From the IMG/VR virus record IMGVR_UViG_3300020036_001703: a DNA stretch of 15,383 nucleotides; one strand, 5' to 3'. The position numbers and the translations under genes are program-made. Below, piece by piece: positions 1-5,988 of the stretch; position 1 is the stretch's first letter; each line of letters starts with the position of its first letter. The notes beneath the pieces are model-generated. The model made no database searches. It was given only the letters and a program-made list of their open reading frames with translations, and had not been told where the DNA came from. The DNA is from a virus. Its lineage: Duplodnaviria > Heunggongvirae > Uroviricota > Caudoviricetes.

Positions 1-211
1 TTTCTTATTTATAAGATTTATCTTCTTTATAAGTATTTATTTTATTTACTTATAAATATTACTTCTTTAAAGAGAAGTTCTATTTTATTCTTTATTTATC
101 TTTTGATTTGATTTATTTAAATTCTTTACAACTGTAATATTTATTCCTTCGGAATTAAGTAATAAATATTTCTAGATATGTATATTTTGATAAGCAATCC
201 AGCCTAAGGTC

Positions 212-240
212 TTGACTTCATCAAATCAATTTGATAAGAT
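212..240 (+). promoter_or_regulatory. sigma70-type promoter
   Basis: TTGACT (212-217), 17-nt spacer, TAAGAT (235-240), extended -10 TG at 232-233; upstream of the first gene's SD GGAGGT (261-266). Confidence 0.7.
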
Positions 241-269
241 TAAGTTGTGTTTTATTTTATGGAGGTGAT

Positions 270-530
270 ATGGAGTATATGGAATTGAACGATAGTAAGG
301 TTAAGGTATCTGCTATGGGTATTGCTGATTTCTTAGTTGGTGTTACTACTAAGATTAAGGAGGGATATGAAATGAATTATGAAGATAATGATATGTATCC
401 GATTGCTTATGGTGGGTTCTTTGAGGTTACTTTGCAGAAGGTTCAGGCTGAAGAGGAAGTAAAGGGTTCTGACGAGGTTCAGGATAAAGAGGTAGAAGTT
501 AAGAGGGGTCGTAAGTCTAAGGCTGAGTAA
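270..530 (+). CDS. hypothetical protein with acidic then basic C-terminal tail
   Basis: ORF-track start 231 overlaps the promoter. ATG 270 (or 279) follows GGAGGT. No family recognised. Confidence 0.7.
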   Translation: MEYMELNDSKVKVSAMGIADFLVGVTTKIKEGYEMNYEDNDMYPIAYGGFFEVTLQKVQAEEEVKGSDEVQDKEVEVKRGRKSKAE

Positions 531-576
531 GTTTTGGGTTGAGTAGGTTTTAATTAATTTTGATCGGAGGTTTTGC

Positions 577-1323
577 ATGAAGAGAAGTCAAAGAAATAAT
601 ACTGTTCGTTCTCCTAAGGCTATTGACAGGAGTACAAATGTTAAGGCTGCTAAGTTTCCGGTTTTAAGTGCAAAGACAGAGAATCAGAAGTTTTTTGCTG
701 AGTCGTTGGCTAATGATGTAATTGTGGTTGGTGCTGGTTTTGCTGGTACAGGTAAGACTCTTCTGAGTTGCTACCATGCAGCACACAAGTTATTTCATGG
801 TAAGATCAAGAAGATTGTGTTATTGAGGGCATATCAGCCTTTAGCTGGGAGAACTATTGGTTTCACTCCAGGTGAAGCTATTGACAAGTTACTTCCACAT
901 TATCAGCAGATGATTGATTACCTTGAGGATTTCTTAGGTAAGCAGCAGGTTCAGATTCATATCAAGTCAGGAGCAATTGAGGTATGTTCTTTAGAGACTA
1001 TCCGTGGGAGGTCTTGGGAGGATGTAGTTGTGATTGTAGATGAGAGTCAGAATTTGTATGTTGAGGAAGTTCAGGCTTTGACTACTCGTGTTGGTAATAA
1101 TTGTCAACTGATTGTGATTGGTGATGATTCTGGGGTACAAACTGACATCACAGACAAGAAGAATGGATTGTCCTATTTACTTGGTATTGTAGAGAAGTAC
1201 AATATCCCTGATGTTGGAATTACTTATTTTGACATTGAGGATATTTTGAGGTCTGGTGTTACTAAGTCGTTTGTATTAGCATACGATCAGGAACTTCAGG
1301 ATTCTAAGCGTAAGAACAAATAA
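577..1323 (+). CDS. phoH: PhoH-family ATPase
   Basis: GFAGTGKT Walker A, IRGRS motif, VIVDESQN Walker B and GDDSGVQTD are typical of PhoH; SD GGAGG upstream. Confidence 0.93.
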   Translation: MKRSQRNNTVRSPKAIDRSTNVKAAKFPVLSAKTENQKFFAESLANDVIVVGAGFAGTGKTLLSCYHAAHKLFHGKIKKIVLLRAYQPLAGRTIGFTPGEAIDKLLPHYQQMIDYLEDFLGKQQVQIHIKSGAIEVCSLETIRGRSWEDVVVIVDESQNLYVEEVQALTTRVGNNCQLIVIGDDSGVQTDITDKKNGLSYLLGIVEKYNIPDVGITYFDIEDILRSGVTKSFVLAYDQELQDSKRKNK

Positions 1324-1333
1324 GGAGATTATG

Positions 1334-1933
1334 ATGAGAGCTAATGAATTTGATGAAGATGATATTATGCTGCCTGTTAAGGAACTTCCTTATTGTGTAA
1401 ATTCAACTGTACACAATGAAATTATTATTCCTATTGATGAAGTTGTACAGGAGGCTTCGTACTACAGAAATGCTGCTCATGCGATTTCTATGGCAACTGA
1501 GGGTGATGTAGTCAGGTTTAAAATTAACTCACCTGGGGGCCGTTTAGATGGCTTGGTGGCTCTATTACATGCTGTAGGGGGTACGTCTGCTTCTGTAGTA
1601 GCAGAGATTGTTGGAGAGTGTCATAGTGCAGCAAGTATTCTTGCATTACATTGTGATGAAATCTTTGTTGGGCCTTATGCGAGTATGTTGTGTCATTCTG
1701 TGAGATATGGGTATGTTGGAAAGAGTGCAGACGTAGAAGCTCATGTGAAACATGCAAGTAAGACTACAGAAAAACTCATGCGAGAAACTTACATTGGATT
1801 TCTTTCAGAAGAAGAAATTGATGACTTACTTAAGGGTAGGGAACTATATTTAGATTCTGCTGAAATTATTGAGAGGTTAAAACTTAGGGAAGAACTTTTC
1901 AATCAATTAGAGGAAGATAATTCATTAGATTGA
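1334..1933 (+). CDS. clpP: ClpP-like serine protease subunit (phage type)
   Basis: INSPGG motif, GECHSAAS nucleophile-Ser region and MLCHS His region. ATG 1334 has better spacing to TAAGGAG than ATG 1331. Confidence 0.8.
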   Translation: MRANEFDEDDIMLPVKELPYCVNSTVHNEIIIPIDEVVQEASYYRNAAHAISMATEGDVVRFKINSPGGRLDGLVALLHAVGGTSASVVAEIVGECHSAASILALHCDEIFVGPYASMLCHSVRYGYVGKSADVEAHVKHASKTTEKLMRETYIGFLSEEEIDDLLKGRELYLDSAEIIERLKLREELFNQLEEDNSLD

Positions 1934-1940
1934 GGTGAAT

Positions 1941-2423
1941 ATGAAAGAAATTTTGGAAATACTTGACTATGATAAAAATAGTGGTAAAATTAAAAATAAA
2001 GTAACAAAGAAATTTCTTTCTGTTCAAGAAGATGGTTATGCTGTAGTTGTATTTGGGAATGGTAAGTCTAAGAAAATTAAGTTTAATAAGTTATGTTTGA
2101 TTCTTGGTTATGGGGTTGATTTAATTCCTGACTTCAAGATTATTCATAGGAATTTAAACACAAAGGATTTTAGACTTTCCAATCTAATGCAGATTTCGAA
2201 AGAAGACTACAAGAATCTTAAGGAAGCACTTAAAAATATCCAGGGAGGAATTACTGTGCTTCCTCATCCTACTGATGTATTCACATACAAAGTAAGTTGG
2301 TATTCTGGAAACATAAAGAAAACTAGAGTTATACAGGACTTAGTTGTTGCTAAGAGGTTAGAGATTAGATTGAAGCTTAAATATAGTAAAATAATAAGTA
2401 AATTCTGTTTATTTGAAGAATAA
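1941..2423 (+). CDS. HNH-like endonuclease, probably degenerate, with possible AP2-like C-terminus
   Basis: EILDYDKNSGKI N-terminus and IHRNLNTKDFRLSNL resemble the DH-N-DN-NL motif of phage free-standing HNH genes. ATG 1941 follows GAGGTG. Confidence 0.6.
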   Translation: MKEILEILDYDKNSGKIKNKVTKKFLSVQEDGYAVVVFGNGKSKKIKFNKLCLILGYGVDLIPDFKIIHRNLNTKDFRLSNLMQISKEDYKNLKEALKNIQGGITVLPHPTDVFTYKVSWYSGNIKKTRVIQDLVVAKRLEIRLKLKYSKIISKFCLFEE

Positions 2424-2435
2424 ACTAAATAATAC

Positions 2436-2464
2436 TTGTTTATACAGATATTAAATGATATAAT
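2436..2464 (+). promoter_or_regulatory. sigma70-type promoter with extended -10
   Basis: TTGTTT (2436-2441), 17 nt, TATAAT (2459-2464), TG at 2456-2457. Confidence 0.7.
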
Positions 2465-2673
2465 TCACTAACTAAAGATTAATTTTGTTGTAAACATTCT
2501 TTTCTGGAAGCAAATAAAAGCTATTTTAATTTCCTTTCGTAGTTATCTGTTGCTTTGATAGAGTGAGATTAGGTTACAACAATGTAATCGGACATCGTTT
2601 GTGTTTTAACTCCTTTTAGCACTTGCAGTTGTCGCTGGAGCCGTAACCAGCATTATTAACAAAGGACAACATA

Positions 2674-2877
2674 ATGATCTGTATTACTTGTGGAGCTTAC
2701 TTTAAGCAGAGTAGGTTTAATGAAACTTTGAAATGTGAAATGTGTTTGGATGATCTTAATGATATCCCAGTGTATGAGTCGGTGTATGAAGCTGATGTTA
2801 CAACAATCACAAATCCTAGTGGAAAGACTAAACCTGTTTTTCTAGATGAGGTTCAAGAGCCACTTGACAAGGTTTAA
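2674..2877 (+). CDS. small CxxC...CxxC zinc-binding protein
   Basis: CITC and CEMC motifs; SD AAAGGA at 2661-2666. Confidence 0.7.
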   Translation: MICITCGAYFKQSRFNETLKCEMCLDDLNDIPVYESVYEADVTTITNPSGKTKPVFLDEVQEPLDKV

Positions 2878-2891
2878 ATTTCTGCTACAAT
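2864..2891 (+). promoter_or_regulatory. sigma70-type promoter upstream of the 68-aa ORF and tRNA cluster
   Basis: TTGACA (2864-2869), 16 nt, TACAAT (2886-2891), extended -10 TG at 2883-2884. Confidence 0.75.
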
Positions 2892-2920
2892 AGCTTCATT
2901 GAAACACAAAAGGGGATCTT

Positions 2921-3127
2921 ATGTACTTTAAAGATATTGAAAGTATTCGTGCTGAGAAGAATACTCATGATAAGAATCAGAAGGCGAAGCCGAAAGGCCC
3001 GGAAGCCATCATTGCGTTGCTGCGTGAGTTCCACGCTGAGGCCTCCATTCTGGAGGAGCACATCGACAACATGATCAAGAGCTGCGAAGACTCGCTCTCA
3101 GCCAAGGCTGTAGCCGATATGGCCTAA
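2921..3127 (+). CDS. hypothetical protein with AT-rich 5' part and GC-rich 3' part
   Basis: ATG after AAGGGG and a strong promoter; composition shift near 2980. Confidence 0.65.
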   Translation: MYFKDIESIRAEKNTHDKNQKAKPKGPEAIIALLREFHAEASILEEHIDNMIKSCEDSLSAKAVADMA

Positions 3128-3152
3128 GAGACAAAGTGCCCATGATGAGCCC

Positions 3153-3250
3153 GCCTGAATAGCTCAGATGGTAGAGACTCCACCTACTTTTGTAGGTTCG
3201 GTTCCCTGAAGAGGAATGCGTCGGAGGTTCGAATCCTTCTTTTGGCACCA
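3153..3250 (+). tRNA. trnF: tRNA-Phe(GAA) with 22-nt insertion in the D-stem 3' strand (possibly pseudo)
   Basis: Acceptor GCCTGAA/TTTTGGC, anticodon stem GTTCC/GGAAT with loop CTGAAGA, T-arm GGAGG-TTCGAAT-CCTTC, encoded ACCA. Removing 3177-3198 gives a canonical 76-nt tRNA. Confidence 0.75.
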
Positions 3251-3306
3251 AAGAAAATGCATGTTGTTTGGCTACAACAAACACTAATCAAGAATGATGA
3301 TGATAC

Positions 3307-3335
3307 TTGACATTGAAGTGGAAAGCTTCTACGAT
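3307..3335 (+). promoter_or_regulatory. sigma70-like promoter abutting tRNA-Val
   Basis: TTGACA (3307-3312), 17 nt, TACGAT (3330-3335). Confidence 0.5.
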
Positions 3336-3410
3336 AGAGACTTAGCACAGAGGTAGTGCGGCTCCTTTACACGGAGTAGGTCATAGGTTCGATCCCTATA
3401 GTCTCTACCA
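3336..3410 (+). tRNA. trnV: tRNA-Val(UAC)
   Basis: AGAGACT/AGTCTCT acceptor, GCTCC-TTTACAC-GGAGT anticodon arm, encoded CCA. Confidence 0.92.
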
Positions 3411-3411
3411 T

Positions 3412-3486
3412 GTCGATGTAGTTTAATGGTTAGAACAGATGGTTTTCATCCATCCAATCCGAGTTCGATTCTCGGTATCGACTCCA
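3412..3486 (+). tRNA. trnE: tRNA-Glu(UUC)
   Basis: GTCGATG/TATCGAC acceptor, GATGG-TTTTCAT-CCATC anticodon arm, encoded CCA. Confidence 0.9.
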
Positions 3487-3498
3487 GAATTTTTAGGT

Positions 3499-3573
3499 GT
3501 GGCTATAACTCAACTGGTTAGAGTTTCAGGTTGTGACCCTGAATGTGAGAGTTCAAGTCTCTCTAGTCACCCC
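3499..3573 (+). tRNA. trnH: tRNA-His(GUG), lacking G-1 and a complete CCA
   Basis: GTGGCTA/TAGTCAC acceptor, TCAGG-TTGTGAC-CCTGA anticodon arm, C73 followed by CCT. Confidence 0.8.
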
Positions 3574-3590
3574 TAAAAGTTTTAAATTAA

Positions 3591-3666
3591 TGCGGGATAA
3601 CTCAGTTGGTAGAGTGCGAGGCTCATAACCTTGATGTCGTCGGTTCGAATCCGGCTCCCGCAACCA
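3591..3666 (+). tRNA. trnM: tRNA-Met(CAU); initiator, elongator or Ile2 identity not resolved
   Basis: TGCGGGA/TCCCGCA acceptor, CGAGG-CTCATAA-CCTTG anticodon arm, encoded ACCA. Confidence 0.88.
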
Positions 3667-3673
3667 GAATTAA

Positions 3674-3749
3674 TGCCGGTTAGCTCAGTTGTTAGAGCAC
3701 TCGCTTGATAAGCGATAGGTCGTTGGTTAGAGTCCAACACTGGCAACCA
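3674..3749 (+). tRNA. trnI: tRNA-Ile(GAU)
   Basis: TGCCGGT/ACTGGCA acceptor, loop TTGATAA, encoded ACCA; atypical D loop (AGTTGTTA) and T loop (TTAGAGT). Confidence 0.85.
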
Positions 3750-3755
3750 TTTAAT

Positions 3756-3832
3756 GGGTCTTTATTTTCAATTGGATAGATAAATAGACTACGAATTTAT
3801 TGGCGAGAGTTCGAATCTTTCAAGACCCTCCA
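3756..3832 (+). tRNA. trnR: tRNA-Arg(ACG)
   Basis: GGGTCTT/AAGACCC acceptor, ATAGA-CTACGAA-TTTAT anticodon arm, encoded CCA; weak D stem. Confidence 0.8.
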
Positions 3833-3838
3833 TATTGT

Positions 3839-3916
3839 TGGCGAGTAGAATAGTCAGGCCTAATTCAAGCGGCTTTGACCCGCTGATCGTTGGTTCGAAT
3901 CCAACCTCGTCTGCCA
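3839..3916 (+). tRNA. trnQ: tRNA-Gln(UUG)
   Basis: AGCGG-CTTTGAC-CCGCT anticodon arm, GTTGG-TTCGAAT-CCAAC T-arm, GCCA end; 1-72 mismatch. Confidence 0.88.
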
Positions 3917-3923
3917 ATTTAAA

Positions 3924-4007
3924 GCCTCGGTGGTGGAATGGTATACACACTACGCTAAGAACGTAGCGCCGAAAGGATTGAGGGTTCGACTCCCTCCTGA
4001 GGCACCA
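3924..4007 (+). tRNA. trnL: tRNA-Leu(AAG), type II with long variable arm
   Basis: GCCTCGG/CTGAGGC acceptor, CTACG-CTAAGAA-CGTAG anticodon arm (AAG at 3957-3959), variable arm CGCCGAAAGGATT, A73 and CCA. Confidence 0.92.
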
Positions 4008-4023
4008 ATAATATTTAATATTT

Positions 4024-4051
4024 ACCCTATGTATTTTTACATGGGGTTTTT
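4024..4051 (+). terminator. rho-independent terminator closing the tRNA cluster
   Basis: ACCCTATGTA-TTTT-TACATGGGGT 10-bp stem followed by a T-run. Confidence 0.8.
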
Positions 4052-4067
4052 GTGTTTGGAGAAAATA

Positions 4068-4427
4068 ATGCCTTTTGTACCTGGGAAATCTGGTAATCCT
4101 AATGGAAGACCAAGTAAAGACAAGATTGCAGCTAGAGAAGCTTCGGATAAGACTAATCGAGAACTCAGAGAAAGAGCTTTACTTGAACTTGCTCGTAAGT
4201 TTAAACCTTCTGTAGCACCTGCAATGAAGACTATTCTTCAGATTATGGGTGATGATAAAGCTTCTGAAGCAGGTAAGTTGAAAGCTGCAGCTTTAGTTAT
4301 TCAGACTTACAATTCATTAGTTAAAGATCTTTATGATTATCGTTATGACGAAGAGAAGGCTGAAGAAGTTCAGCAAACTGACAAAGCTCCTGTATTCTCT
4401 CTAAAGATGGTTAATAAGGATGAATAA
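4068..4427 (+). CDS. terS: probable terminase small subunit (DUF5681-like N-terminal motif)
   Basis: FVPGKSGNPNGRP motif; directly upstream of terL. True ATG is 4068 after GGAG; the ORF-track start 3930 lies inside tRNA-Leu. Confidence 0.7.
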   Translation: MPFVPGKSGNPNGRPSKDKIAAREASDKTNRELRERALLELARKFKPSVAPAMKTILQIMGDDKASEAGKLKAAALVIQTYNSLVKDLYDYRYDEEKAEEVQQTDKAPVFSLKMVNKDE

Positions 4428-4442
4428 ACATAAGGAGGTTGA

Positions 4443-4529
4443 ATGAGTTCTAATACTGTATTTGCACCAGCGTCAAAAGCACAAGAGCAATTCTTGAATA
4501 GTGATGCAGATATTACTTTCTATGGTGGT
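4443..4529 (+). CDS. terL: terminase large subunit, exon 1 (MSSNTVFAPASKAQEQFLNSDADITFYGG)
   Basis: ATG after TAAGGAGG; Q-motif-like AQEQFL and the first half of Walker A (FYGG). Absent from the ORF track. Confidence 0.92.
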
Positions 4530-4761
4530 AAAGTTGTGCCTCCATTCAAAACCTATTTAATTCGGTGAAACCCTAACGTAAAATCGAGGGCAATACCGAG
4601 CCAAGCAGGGGGTATTTTTAATATCCCCGGGCGTGTGTAGAGACTATGGGAAACCAGTAAGGTTCAAGCGAATCTGAAACAGTAGGATGCTTTATAGCAT
4701 AAGATATAGTCCGACACCCAAGGAAACTTGGGAGTACTCTAGCGAAGTACATAACTTTCTG
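4530..4761 (+). ncRNA. group I intron 1 (232 nt, ORF-less, IA-like) in terL Walker A
   Basis: P1 with U.G (ATGGTGGT/GCCTCCAT); P AATTCGGTGAAAC 4559-4571; Q AATACCGAGCCAAGC 4592-4606; P7 GACTA 4642-4646 with TAGTC 4707-4711 inside AAGATATAGTCC; P9 CCCAAG-GAAA-CTTGGG; terminal G 4761. Removal restores YGG-AAGSGKS in frame. Confidence 0.93.
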
Positions 4762-5988
4762 GCAGCGGGCAGTGGAAAGAGCCATTGCTTACTTATGTCG
4801 TTCCTAAAGTTTTGTCATCATCCACGTACTCGTGGTGTGATATTTAGGCGAACAACAAAGCAGATCACAAACCCTGGTGGTTTATTTGACTCTGCAGTTA
4901 ATTTATACAAATTAGTAGATCCTAAACTAAGAGTAAGAATGAGAGAGTTAGAACTTGTTTTTAGTTCTGGAGCTGTTCTCAAATTTGCTTACCTTGACAA
5001 TGCTTCTGATAAATATAACTTCCAAGGTGCGGAACTTACTTTCATTGGTTTTGATGAGATTCAACAATTAAGTGAAGACAATGTAACTTATTTGTTTTCT
5101 CGTTTGCGTTCAACCTCAGTTGATTATAAGAAGCAGATTGTAGCTACAGGTAATCCTGACTACGATAGTTTCATTCGACATTGGGTTGAATTTGCACTTG
5201 ATGAGCGTGGCATTCCAATTAGAAAAGATGTTTACCCTACTCGATATATGTGTCAAGCGATGGGTGGCTCTATTGAGTGGGCAGATACTAGAGAAGAACT
5301 AGAGAAGAAATATGGTACTGGGGATGACTCTGGTATTCTATCCTTTACATTCATTCCAGGGACTATTTATGATAATCCACCTTTGATGAAGGCTGATCCG
5401 ACTTACGTTAGTAAGTTAAAGAAACTTCCTCGCGTTGAGATGGAACGTCTTCTATTAGGGTCTTGGTATGCAAGACAAGAGGCTGCTGGGCTATGGAAAA
5501 GAGAATGGATAACTCTTGTAGATCACCCTAATCCTAGAGCAACAAAGAGGATAAGAGCATGGGACTTTGCATTTAGTCTGCCATCTGAACAATATCCAAA
5601 TCCTGACTGGACTCGTGGTGTCCTTATGTCAAAGGATAAAAATAGTGTTTACACAGTTGAAAATATTGTCTCTATGCGAGATAGAGTACATGAGGTTGAG
5701 AAGTTGGTATTTGAGACTGCAATGCGTGATGGACAAGAAGTTATTATTTCTATCCCAATTGATCCTGCCGCTGCTGCTGGAGCTTATGCTAGGGATTTTC
5801 AACGTAGACTTTCAGAGTATGGTTTCAATGTGAAATTATCTAAACCTGTGAAGTCTAAGGTAACTCGATTTGCTCCATTCTCAAGTGTAACTCAGGCAGG
5901 GTTTGTTAATGTAGTAAAGGGTGATTGGAATACCCCTTTCTTTGACGAATTAGAGATCTTTGATGGAGATCCTAAGAAAAAAGACGAT
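4762..5988 (+). CDS. terL: terminase large subunit, exon 2 (409 aa)
   Basis: AAGSGKS, GFDEIQQ Walker B, ATGNP coupling motif, RAWDFA nuclease Asp; ends in KKDD. Confidence 0.93.

Noticed and set aside
2569-2615. Minus-strand AAGGAG followed by an 8-codon ORF (MSDYIVVT)
   Set aside because: The 14-nt SD spacing is too long and no promoter was seen; the element is better read as an anti-SD on the plus strand.
3181-3189. 9-nt match CACCTACTT between the tRNA-Phe insert and intron 2 (6027-6035)
   Set aside because: A 9-mer match is expected by chance in 15 kb.
3153-4007. CRISPR-like periodicity in the tRNA region
   Set aside because: The recurring GGTTCGA and CCA words are tRNA T-arms and 3' ends, not direct repeats with spacers.
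3930-4067. ORF-track N-terminal extension of the terS-like gene
   Set aside because: Overlaps tRNA-Leu and the terminator; the SD supports ATG 4068.
4687-4761. ORF-track N-terminus of TerL (MLYSIRYSPT...)
   Set aside because: It is intron 1 sequence (S element and P9) that happens to be open; the true start is ATG 4443 with a strong SD.
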